From Kiritimatiellia bacterium (GTDB taxonomy: Bacteria; Verrucomicrobiota; Kiritimatiellia; RFP12; UBA1067), in assembly GCA_045595285.1 (NCBI GenBank), contig JAZOAC010000135.1, forward strand, positions 23,822 to 87,821: a DNA stretch of 64,000 bases, given 5' to 3'. The position numbers and the translations under genes are program-made. Every line of letters begins with the position of its first letter. Positions within the stretch are counted from its first letter, which is position 1. This document shows, in pieces, positions 10,891 through 19,346 of the stretch. A model generated the notes under the pieces. The model was not told the origin of the DNA. It saw nothing but the letters and a program-made list of their open reading frames with translations, and did not search any database.

Positions 10891-11403
10891 TTATTTCAGG
10901 ACGGATCGGCCACGCTTTACGAACTGAAGCGGTATTCCCGAGGGATCCCGCATCATGGCACCGTCAAATCCCTGAGCCTTCTCATGAACCACCAATGTGG
11001 CGCCCGCCTTCAGCATCCGCTCGATGTCGGCATCAACATCCTCCGAAACAAAGGCGAAATGCAACTGCAAAGGGCTCATCGACCGGTAGTCAGGGGCCTG
11101 CGGAGCATCCTTCGCCCGGTAGAGTTCAATGGCGACCTTGCCGGTGGAATCCACGATGAAAGTGGTATGTGTTGCATCCGTTTTCTGCATAGTGACGGAA
11201 AAACCGAGATTGTCGCACCACCATTGCGCCGTCGCGACGGGATCCGCCACGTCAATCGCGGTATGTTCAAGCTTGTATCCTGTCGGAGAGGCGCATCCTG
11301 CGGCCAGTGCGGCAAACACGATTCCCGCAAGTAATCGGCAACATGCCCAAAGCGGCGAGCGAGGCATGCAATCTGCAACGGATGATTTTTCTGAGGTTTT
11401 CAT
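10891..11403 (-). CDS. VOC/glyoxalase-fold lipoprotein
   Basis: 170 aa. Lipobox LAAGC, then a single VOC-like module (HTAIDVADPVATAQWWCDNLGF ... LHFAFVSEDVDADIERMLKAGATLV). Confidence 0.6.
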   Translation of the reverse strand: MKTSEKSSVADCMPRSPLWACCRLLAGIVFAALAAGCASPTGYKLEHTAIDVADPVATAQWWCDNLGFSVTMQKTDATHTTFIVDSTGKVAIELYRAKDAPQAPDYRSMSPLQLHFAFVSEDVDADIERMLKAGATLVVHEKAQGFDGAMMRDPSGIPLQFVKRGRSVLK

Positions 11404-11472
11404 TTCCTTTTCCTTTCCATTTTCATCTTCATTATAGTTGTTTAGACTCGGGAAGCGTTGAATGCAATCATG

Positions 11473-12933
11473 TCAAACACTCATCTGCCCTTTGATTCTG
11501 CCTACGTTCTTGAAATCAATCTTAGAGACATCCATCTCTGCATCCATGAGATTGCAATTGCATTTCTTCTTCCATGCGCCACGCGTAAAATCGGGGATGT
11601 CCAGAGCCTTCGAACGATTTCTTGCGCTTCGTTCGGAAAGTTCGCAGATCGCGCACCAGGACGCAAGGTCATACACATCCATGTCGAGAGGGAGCCCTCT
11701 CTGCATGCAATATGCCCAACGAAGGTCCATCATGAAGTCCATACCACCATGTCCTCCGGCCTTTTTGACAGTTTCGCCCAGTGCCTTCTGCAACGGATGG
11801 CGATATTTCTCCCTGAGCCTCTCCGTGACATTTTTGTCATAGCATGTGTGTGCCGCCTTCTTCGGCCACTTGTCAAGTTCTTCGAGGCACACCTCAAGAT
11901 GCGGATAACTGCGCATCATCCCTTTTGTCCCGGCAATGAGATTTATACGGGAATATGGACGCGGCGAGGTCACATCGTGCTGAAGCATGATGGTACGGCC
12001 AAGCGCGGTGCGGATCGTCGTCACATTCATGTCGGCCATTGCAAAGCGCTGCGCCCTCCCCGGATTGCCGTCAGGGAGAGTTGCTGCGGCAAACGCCTCG
12101 TACCCCCGCTGCATTCCATCCACGGAAACGAGATAGTCAAAGCGGTCACCTCGGTTTATGCCCATATCCAAGGCTATAGGTCCCAATCCATGAGTGGGAT
12201 ACTGGTTGCCGCCGTGCTTTTCGTTCCAGTAGTTGCGCCAACGCTTTCCCGGCACCTCTTTCCAGGAGAAATCATTGAATATCTGCCAGCGACGGTCGTG
12301 TATGTACGCGCCTTCACCATGGAGAAGATCTCCCAGCATGCCAAGCTTGCAGAGATTGAGCGCCAGCATCTCATACTCGCCATAGCAGCAATTCTCAAGC
12401 TGCATGCAGTGCCGTTTTGTCCGTTCGGCGGTTTCCACAAGTTCCCAGCATTCATCTACGGACATCGCGGCGGGAACTTCGATGAGCGTGTGTTTGCCCG
12501 CTCTCATTGCATACAGCGAAACCGGCGCATGCGCATTCCACGAAGTACAATTGTACACAACATCCACATCCGGATGGTCACACAGCTTCTTGTACGCCTC
12601 TGCGCTCCCGGAATACACCACAGGCCGTTTTCCGGAACGTTCCTCGATGGCTTTTGCACATCTCTCGGCGAACCATGTCCTGATGTCACAAAGCGCGACA
12701 ATTTCAATGCCCGGAATGAAAGGAAGCCGCCGTGCGGCGCAATACCCGCGTTCCCCCAGACCTACAATGCCAACACGGATTTTATCTATCGGAGCACACC
12801 TGAAATTCCGCATCGGCATCCCCTGAACACCGGAGACGCAGGATTGTCCGGCGGCAAACCCGCTCACCACTCCCGACCCCCCGGCCGCCATGGCGATTCC
12901 TTTTATGAATTCGCGTCTATTTGAGTTTTGCAT
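11473..12933 (-). CDS. Tat-exported Gfo/Idh/MocA-family NAD-dependent enzyme, GH109-like
   Basis: 486 aa. Leader NRREFIKGIAMAAGGSG and Rossmann start IRVGIVGLGERG. Size and Tat leader are typical of GH109-type alpha-N-acetylgalactosaminidase-like proteins. Confidence 0.7.
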   Translation of the reverse strand: MQNSNRREFIKGIAMAAGGSGVVSGFAAGQSCVSGVQGMPMRNFRCAPIDKIRVGIVGLGERGYCAARRLPFIPGIEIVALCDIRTWFAERCAKAIEERSGKRPVVYSGSAEAYKKLCDHPDVDVVYNCTSWNAHAPVSLYAMRAGKHTLIEVPAAMSVDECWELVETAERTKRHCMQLENCCYGEYEMLALNLCKLGMLGDLLHGEGAYIHDRRWQIFNDFSWKEVPGKRWRNYWNEKHGGNQYPTHGLGPIALDMGINRGDRFDYLVSVDGMQRGYEAFAAATLPDGNPGRAQRFAMADMNVTTIRTALGRTIMLQHDVTSPRPYSRINLIAGTKGMMRSYPHLEVCLEELDKWPKKAAHTCYDKNVTERLREKYRHPLQKALGETVKKAGGHGGMDFMMDLRWAYCMQRGLPLDMDVYDLASWCAICELSERSARNRSKALDIPDFTRGAWKKKCNCNLMDAEMDVSKIDFKNVGRIKGQMSV

Positions 12934-12945
12934 GTCACCATCTCC

Positions 12946-13998
12946 TTACTTTTCCATTGCCACCGCAAGCTGATCCATACCTGCGTAGTTAAAACGAAAC
13001 GCACTCTCGCCCTTGCAGTCGGTCCAGGAGGCCATCATGAACCCCTTGAGTCTGCTATGGGAAATATGTGCGCGGCAGAACTCCACCACCTTTCCGGCAC
13101 AGTCGGAATTATCCGTCCTGCCAGACTTCTTAAGTTTGCCCGACATCCAATTCGAGGAACACGGCACCTGGTCAAACCCGGCCCTGTCCAGATCACAGAA
13201 CAGGCGCAGTTTAGGCTTGAACCACTCCTTCATCTTGTCGATTTCATAGCCCTGTGCATCTTCGTTATAATACCAGTTGCTTTGAAGAACGCTCTTGGGG
13301 CATTTCTGGACAAACTCAGGATGCCTCCAGCCGTAGTCACTGAATATCCATGCGCGTGAGCCTGTCTTCTCAACCTCGTTCACAAACCAAAAGAGGTCGT
13401 GCCACCACAATTCGTTCTGTCTCAAGATCACAAAAGAGCGCTTGCGCTGATTTTCGGTTTTCTCCTCATCGAAACCAAGATGGATGTAGCGGGGGTGCTC
13501 AAATATCTCCGACACATCCTTGATGATATCCGAACAGACGCGGTAATATATCTTCGTGGACACCATACGTCCATATTCCTTGAGCCACTGATGATGGGAT
13601 GCGGAGAAATTCACTTTCGGGATCGGCTCCAGTCCCATAGCCTTAAGGCGACGGACCTCCGTGTGCATGCGGTCTGCGCTCCAGCTGCCCTTCACTGCGA
13701 GTTCCGGATGGCTCGGATACGCAAGAAACTCCCCCAGATCCATCACCACCATGTTGTAGCTGCACTTTACGGCATGATCAATCGTACGCTTCCAGATGTT
13801 TTCCGAAAAATATATCGCATCCCGCGTATAGCGTTTGCCGTCGATTCTGGGTTCACCCGGAGCGATCCACTCGCCCCACATGTTCATGCCCATATGAAGA
13901 AGCACCGCACGGATATCCTCCGGCTTCTTCGCGAATGCGGGTGGTGAGATGAGGGCCGACGCGGCAACAGCCGATTTAATAAAGTCACGTCTGTTCAT
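12946..13998 (-). CDS. Unassigned TIM-barrel-like glycan enzyme, paralogue P1 (Tat leader)
   Basis: ORF 12946..14010 starts at a GTG. The ATG at 13998 gives MNRRDFIKSAVAASALISPPAFA. Family motifs: LLHMGMNMWGEW, AYPSHPELAVKGSWS, VNFSASHHQWL, YIHLGFDEE. Confidence 0.7.
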   Translation of the reverse strand: MNRRDFIKSAVAASALISPPAFAKKPEDIRAVLLHMGMNMWGEWIAPGEPRIDGKRYTRDAIYFSENIWKRTIDHAVKCSYNMVVMDLGEFLAYPSHPELAVKGSWSADRMHTEVRRLKAMGLEPIPKVNFSASHHQWLKEYGRMVSTKIYYRVCSDIIKDVSEIFEHPRYIHLGFDEEKTENQRKRSFVILRQNELWWHDLFWFVNEVEKTGSRAWIFSDYGWRHPEFVQKCPKSVLQSNWYYNEDAQGYEIDKMKEWFKPKLRLFCDLDRAGFDQVPCSSNWMSGKLKKSGRTDNSDCAGKVVEFCRAHISHSRLKGFMMASWTDCKGESAFRFNYAGMDQLAVAMEK

Positions 13999-14009
13999 GA
14001 TCCACCGCA

Positions 14010-16634
14010 CTACCTTATCGAAATCTGGAATCCGGGGATGAACGGTTCAAGACCGCCATCAGCACCCACGCGTACGCGGAGCCTGTCGGCGCCGCAGCGT
14101 ATTTTGGAGATTGAACCGCTTTCAATGCGCAATGTCGCGCCGCTTCCGAGATTGTCCGAAACAAGAAGCGACGCACCTTCTTCGAAGGAGCAGGATACAA
14201 GCGTAAGCGTGGAACCATTCCCGAGAACCAACGGGGAATCCGCCTCCTTCACCACAAGTGCGCCGATGCTGTTCACGGTGCCTGACGCGGTCTCCAATCC
14301 ACCGCCGGCCAACCAGATCGCCGCCCTGGTGTTTTCGCCGGATTCCTGACGTTTGCGGCTTACCTTGAACTGGTCGCTTGCAGCAAGCCGCAAGACACCG
14401 TTGCTAACGCATATTTCGTTCGGAAGCGTGACATCCCCCGAGAGCTCCAATGTTCCGGTGCCATTCTTGACAACATGCACATTCCAGTATCCGTTCGCCT
14501 CCGTATTAAACGAATGATAATCAACGATATTCCCTGTGACGAAGAAATCCGAGCCGTCAGAAACATCATTTACGTTGAAAGTAAACGTCCTCTCTCCGTC
14601 ACCGCCCGCAGCCAAGATGACCAGACCACTCTCGCAAATGGATGGAGAATCGCCGGTCACTATCCAGTTAGCACGTTGTGCGTCATTCAGGACTCGTGCC
14701 GGCTTGCCCTTGATGTTTGCGCCATCCATAAACGTAACATAGTTCAAATATGTATCGGACTCCGTTGCACTTTCCTCCTCCTCGCGAATTGAGAGCGTCC
14801 CGCCAACAAGATCAATCTGATCTGTTGTAGCAGTCTGCAAAGCACCTTTCAGTTTAAGAACGCCATTTGTCATTACACGATATTTCGTCCAACGGGGATT
14901 TTGCACATGGCCGGAAAGTGTCAATGAGGCGTATGGATTTACGGTGACGACACTGTTGGAAGGAAATACAGTTGTGTCTACTGACCGCACCGCAAGCGGA
15001 GAGCTTTCACTTCCGCCGAATGTCAGGTTTCCGCCATTCACGGCGGTGCTTACAGCAGCATATACCACTCCTCCAGTAGCAAATCGCAGACGCAAATTTT
15101 TAATGCCCCTTGATGTTGCCGAATCCGACACCCCGAACCCTCCCAATGTCGTACGAGATGCCGTGGTATATTGTTTGTAGTTGTAAAAATCCAACCCGTA
15201 TGCAATCGATGGATCATCGACTTTCTTTATATACCAATTCCGATATCTTCCAGTGCGAGCCTCAATGTCGTTTCCATTCTGCTTCAAATCCAGCCCGATG
15301 CAATAGATATTGTTTTCATTTTCATCCTGAAACTGTACCGAACCGGCATTACCTGAAATATTCAGATTCACTCCATGCACATAATGCCCTTTATTGGCAT
15401 CATTATGATAGAAAGCATCCACCTCCACAAGATCCGAAAGATCATGGTTCTTTGCAATCGACGTGTAATAGTTTACTCCTCCGTCATCATATGCGTTAGG
15501 CATGTATTCCTCTCTTGCAACCGTAGCACGAGACCGGAATCTCAGGCCAATGTCTTTCACCCCGTGGCTGCCGCTTTCATCGGACGTCGCAAGGCTCCCA
15601 TATCGTCCCAACAAAGGCGAAGAACCTGCATCCGTGCTGAAATGCTCGAAGTCCATGCCCAAATGAACCTGATCGGCAAAGTAATCGTCTACAAGAACGC
15701 CATCCACATAATTTGTGGTAGAAATCTTATAGGTACGATATTTGCTCGTGTACGCTTCCACGTTTTCGCCGTTTTGCCTGAACTCCACAAGCACTCCCGT
15801 AACCAACGTGGGAGATGACTGCAACTGGAACTGGCATGTTTTTTCGCCAAAGCGACTACTTACGTGAGTATATTTAAGATTGTATGCCTGTTGTTCATCA
15901 AAGAGGTTTTTCCCGAAATGGTATTTCCCGGAAACCGAATCAAGATCGGCAAGGCTGCAGTTTTCCGCGACTACAACCCATTCAGCATCCGGGAGGTATC
16001 CGGCTCGAAAATGCGATGCGACTACGGCGTTTGTCACAATAATGTCGCCATTGCCTACTATCGTTTCGCCAATCGAGTCTCCCTCATATACGGAGTATTC
16101 GACCGGTGCGGCAGGCTTGCGCATGGCTATGAAACTTATGTTGAATGCTGAACGGGTACCTGCGGTGAGCGGACGTGGCAACACCCGAGGATTTTTCGCA
16201 TCAACCATTGCGTCAAGGTCCATGCCAAGTTCCACGTCAAGCGGGTTGAGCGAAGCCGCCCTAACAGTATAGGCTATAATGTCGTTTCCGCTTTGCACAA
16301 ACTTAACTGTGACCGAAGCTGTGTACGGCGTCGGCGTAGATGTGCGCGTTACACCCTGAAACTGCACAGTCGCCGACTCCACCCCATTTTCTGACGACCT
16401 GACGATGTTGTATGGTCGCAGAATCTCGTTGTGGAGATCCTGATTTATCTGCCACCGTTGCCCGGAAGACGAACCTTTATTAAAATAGGCGTATGCCGGT
16501 TCATAATCCGAAAGCTTCATACCTGTGAACACCGTATCCGGCTTGTCTGGATCCGATGAGAGCACCTCGTTTGAGGCAGCCTCAAAGGTAATGAAATCGT
16601 CCGACTGCTGAGCATTTGCAAGCAGCATAGTCAT
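14010..16634 (-). CDS. Large secreted beta-helix/PATR-like exoprotein, paralogue 1; signal peptide is encoded upstream of the first in-frame start (see poly-A tract)
   Basis: 874 aa. Three internal repeats of an unrecognised module, then a PATR-like segment (VKNGTGTLELSGDVTL ... NGVLRLAAS). Ends PGFQISIR. The frame is open upstream to TGA 16677-16679 and encodes KKKKIHLGLCVACSMTMLLANA. Confidence 0.8.
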   Translation of the reverse strand: MTMLLANAQQSDDFITFEAASNEVLSSDPDKPDTVFTGMKLSDYEPAYAYFNKGSSSGQRWQINQDLHNEILRPYNIVRSSENGVESATVQFQGVTRTSTPTPYTASVTVKFVQSGNDIIAYTVRAASLNPLDVELGMDLDAMVDAKNPRVLPRPLTAGTRSAFNISFIAMRKPAAPVEYSVYEGDSIGETIVGNGDIIVTNAVVASHFRAGYLPDAEWVVVAENCSLADLDSVSGKYHFGKNLFDEQQAYNLKYTHVSSRFGEKTCQFQLQSSPTLVTGVLVEFRQNGENVEAYTSKYRTYKISTTNYVDGVLVDDYFADQVHLGMDFEHFSTDAGSSPLLGRYGSLATSDESGSHGVKDIGLRFRSRATVAREEYMPNAYDDGGVNYYTSIAKNHDLSDLVEVDAFYHNDANKGHYVHGVNLNISGNAGSVQFQDENENNIYCIGLDLKQNGNDIEARTGRYRNWYIKKVDDPSIAYGLDFYNYKQYTTASRTTLGGFGVSDSATSRGIKNLRLRFATGGVVYAAVSTAVNGGNLTFGGSESSPLAVRSVDTTVFPSNSVVTVNPYASLTLSGHVQNPRWTKYRVMTNGVLKLKGALQTATTDQIDLVGGTLSIREEEESATESDTYLNYVTFMDGANIKGKPARVLNDAQRANWIVTGDSPSICESGLVILAAGGDGERTFTFNVNDVSDGSDFFVTGNIVDYHSFNTEANGYWNVHVVKNGTGTLELSGDVTLPNEICVSNGVLRLAASDQFKVSRKRQESGENTRAAIWLAGGGLETASGTVNSIGALVVKEADSPLVLGNGSTLTLVSCSFEEGASLLVSDNLGSGATLRIESGSISKIRCGADRLRVRVGADGGLEPFIPGFQISIR

Positions 16635-16663
16635 GCTGCAGGCAACGCAAAGACCAAGGTGTA

Positions 16664-16673
16664 TTTTTTTTTT
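16664..16673 (-). repeat. Homopolymer A10 (T10 on + strand) between GTG/RBS and the signal peptide of exoprotein 1
   Basis: Counted directly: gtaTTTTTTTTTTctttcac. GGAG at 16691-16694 and GTG at 16678-16680. A9 or A12 would fuse the GTG to the long ORF. Confidence 0.95.
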
Positions 16674-16714
16674 CTTTCACAACACCATTTCTCCTTTCTA
16701 ATGTTTGGAAACGA

Positions 16715-17863
16715 TTACCATTCGGCAACGGAGCCATCGGCATGACGCCAGACAGGGTTCTTCCAGTTGTGGGGATTCTTATTTTCCTCCATGACAAGCT
16801 CTTTGTTCACTTCGACACCGAGACCGGGGCGCTTCGGCAGCTCCACCGTGCCGTCAGTAAACTTGAAGTCATCCTTGTTGGTCACGTAATCGAGAACCGT
16901 CTTTCCGACATTGTAGTGGATGCCGATGGACTGCTCCTGGATAACCGCATTGTAGCTGATCGCATCGACGTGTAGGCACGCCGCAAGCGCAATCGGTCCG
17001 AGCGGACAGTGCGGAGCGAGCGCCACATCGTACGCCTCCGCCATAGCGGCAATCTTCTTGACTTCTGTAATGCCGCCGGCGTGCGAAAGGTCGGGCTGGA
17101 TGATATCCACGCCGCCAGAGGCAAGAAGCCTCTTGAAGTCATACTTGGTGAAAAGACGCTCTCCGGTCGCGATCGGCACATTGCATGCGGCGGCGATCTC
17201 CTTGAAGTCCTCCATGTGCTCGCAGAGAACAGGCTCTTCGATGAACATCGGGTCAAACTGTTCAAGCTTCTTCGCGAGCACCTTCGCCATTGGCTTGTGG
17301 ACGCGTCCATGGAAATCTATGGCGATACCGAAGTACTTGCCGCAGGCGTCTCGGATCTCCTGCACACGGGAGAGGACCGCATCCACCTTGTTATAAGTGT
17401 CGATCATCTGCAGCTCTTCGGTCGCGTTCATCTTCACCGCGGAGAATCCGGCGTCCATCTTCTCCTTCGCGGCGCGCCCGGTATCGCCGGGACGGTCACC
17501 GCCGATCCAGGAATAGACCTTCATCCTGTCGCGGCAACGTCCGCCCATCAGCTCATAGACGGGGGAGTTGAACACCTTGCCCTTGATGTCCCACAGCGCC
17601 TGATCGATACCGGAAAGCGCACTCATCAGCACGCCGCCGCCGCGGTAGAATCCGGCACGATAGATTGTGCTCCATATATCCTCGATGCGGGAAGGATCCT
17701 TGCCGATGAGATAGTCGTGGTATTCCTCCACGCAAGAGAGAACAGCCTTGGCATGTCCTTCAAGCACAGCCTCGCCCCATCCGGCCAGACCGGTATCAGT
17801 TACGATCTCCACAAATCCCCAGCGGGGACGGACAAAATAGACGTTTACCTTATCGATTTTCAT
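16715..17863 (-). CDS. dgoD: D-galactonate dehydratase (enolase superfamily)
   Basis: 382 aa. WGFVEIVTDTGLAGWGEAVLEGHAKAV ... YLIGKDPSRIEDIWSTIYRAGFYRGGGVLMSALSGIDQALWDIKGK closely parallels the DgoD N-terminal region as I remember it. Confidence 0.9.
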   Translation of the reverse strand: MKIDKVNVYFVRPRWGFVEIVTDTGLAGWGEAVLEGHAKAVLSCVEEYHDYLIGKDPSRIEDIWSTIYRAGFYRGGGVLMSALSGIDQALWDIKGKVFNSPVYELMGGRCRDRMKVYSWIGGDRPGDTGRAAKEKMDAGFSAVKMNATEELQMIDTYNKVDAVLSRVQEIRDACGKYFGIAIDFHGRVHKPMAKVLAKKLEQFDPMFIEEPVLCEHMEDFKEIAAACNVPIATGERLFTKYDFKRLLASGGVDIIQPDLSHAGGITEVKKIAAMAEAYDVALAPHCPLGPIALAACLHVDAISYNAVIQEQSIGIHYNVGKTVLDYVTNKDDFKFTDGTVELPKRPGLGVEVNKELVMEENKNPHNWKNPVWRHADGSVAEW

Positions 17864-17890
17864 AATGATTCCTCATTTATCTTATGTTTT

Positions 17891-19342
17891 TCAAGAAAAT
17901 TTCCATTCGGTGAAAATCGGATCACCTTTATTACCGAAACTGTCGCAGGGGCGCACGGAAAAACGGTAGCGGCGGCCACGCGAAGGATCAAGCCTCCCGT
18001 TCGGCGCGGGCAGGTCCGAAAGCGCAAACGGACAGACGACCGTTTTCGCGTCCGCCGCCTCGCCCTTGTAGAAACCGGACGAATACACGCGCTTCGTGCG
18101 CCGCACCTTCACGGCATCAACATCCATTTCCTGCAGCTGCACCTCGAAATCGAACGCCCGGGCTCGTCCACCGGCGGCAAAAACATTTGGGAACGAAACG
18201 AACAGCGCCCGCACGGATTCGCCCTTGCGGTCGGCCGCAAACCCCTCTCCGACCGATATCTCCGCATCATCGGCAAACTCCGGAGGCTTCGAGCGCAGCG
18301 CCCGTTTGACGAGCGGATCGACCCTGCCCGGAATCGGCACGATCCAATCGTCCCCGAGCGAAAGATCATTCGCGAAATCACGCCGTTCGAAGGCGATTCT
18401 GTCCCGATAGACGCGGCAGACCATTCCATGCTTGCCGTCTTCCGGGCGAAGCCTCGGCAGAAGCTGATCACCGGTATCGACAGCACCGTCGATCTCTGAG
18501 TTTTCGCGTCCCCCGAACGGTATCAGAAACCGCAGAGCCGCCGTTCCGACCGATGTGAATTCCCCGCGCCAGAGAGTACGCTCGTCGTTGAGCGGCGTGT
18601 GCGAATGCCCTGAGACGGCAACCGCATTGGAAAATTTCGACAGCGCTCTGGTTGCCGTGCCGTCATCCTGTCCCCACGTCCACGGCGCACTGCACGTACC
18701 CCGCGGATGCATATGCTGAACAAAGAAAAACACATCCTCTCCGGCAAGTTCGGATTCCATCCCGGCAAGATATTCCGGAAGGTCCGTCTGTCCGGGCGGC
18801 GCAGTGCGGCGCTGACGGTCGTTCCGGTACTGGTAGCTGGAGCCGACAAAACAGACGCCGTTGATCCGCTTTTTCCACAACGGCTCGTATTCGCAGCCGA
18901 AAAGACGCTTCCATTCTCTGCGCAAACGATCATCGGCATCAAGATTCTCGGCGACAACGCGATCCCACGGCATTTTGATTTCGTCCGCCCAGTCACGGCT
19001 CCAGCGCTGAAGGTCGTGATTGCCGAGGACCGTAAGCAGTTCGACCCTGCGGCCGTCAGCCCCACGACCGTCGGGGAATACGGAGAACCACGCATTCGCA
19101 AGATGCTCCAGTTCGCCGGAGAGTCCGTTGTCGATCATGTCTCCCGCCATGACTACAGCGTCCACCTGCCGGTCGCGGAAATACCTGAGCGCATGGACGG
19201 TCTCCTTCGCCGACTCCGCATCGACGATGTGCATGTCGCTCAGGATTCCGAACACGAGCCGAGGCCGCTCCGCCGCAAATGACGGCATCGCAACCGCGGC
19301 CACAGCTCCGCCCAAAAAACCTCTGCGGGAAACCGCGTTCAT
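17891..19342 (-). CDS. Tat-exported metallophosphoesterase
   Basis: 483 aa. Leader VSRRGFLGGAVAAVAMPSFA. Motifs LSDMHI, AGDMIDNG, GNHD, VQHMHP, GHSHTP. Extra C-terminal beta-rich domain. Confidence 0.75.
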   Translation of the reverse strand: MNAVSRRGFLGGAVAAVAMPSFAAERPRLVFGILSDMHIVDAESAKETVHALRYFRDRQVDAVVMAGDMIDNGLSGELEHLANAWFSVFPDGRGADGRRVELLTVLGNHDLQRWSRDWADEIKMPWDRVVAENLDADDRLRREWKRLFGCEYEPLWKKRINGVCFVGSSYQYRNDRQRRTAPPGQTDLPEYLAGMESELAGEDVFFFVQHMHPRGTCSAPWTWGQDDGTATRALSKFSNAVAVSGHSHTPLNDERTLWRGEFTSVGTAALRFLIPFGGRENSEIDGAVDTGDQLLPRLRPEDGKHGMVCRVYRDRIAFERRDFANDLSLGDDWIVPIPGRVDPLVKRALRSKPPEFADDAEISVGEGFAADRKGESVRALFVSFPNVFAAGGRARAFDFEVQLQEMDVDAVKVRRTKRVYSSGFYKGEAADAKTVVCPFALSDLPAPNGRLDPSRGRRYRFSVRPCDSFGNKGDPIFTEWKFS

Positions 19343-19346
19343 TCAA

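Noticed and set aside
11458-12924. Long plus-strand ORFs mirroring the minus-strand genes. Examples: 7051..8043, 11458..12924, 17009..18499, 19020..20309, 24029..25537, 26215..27222, 28137..29780, 31403..32536, 36125..37309, 45700..46662, 48816..50003, 49943..51661.
   Set aside because: Each lies antisense to a gene with clear family motifs. Their translations are Arg/His/Pro-rich, low-complexity and motif-free. This is typical of shadow ORFs in GC-rich DNA.
16677-16688. Alternative explanation for exoprotein 1: an ATG at 16686-16688 is in frame with the long ORF but is followed by GTG TTG TGA. I considered TGA read-through or recoding.
   Set aside because: TGA is used as an ordinary stop by mutS, eda, lysS and many other genes here. 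This ATG sits only 2 nt from the GGAG. The GTG + A-tract frameshift model needs a single-nucleotide change and gives a canonical leader.
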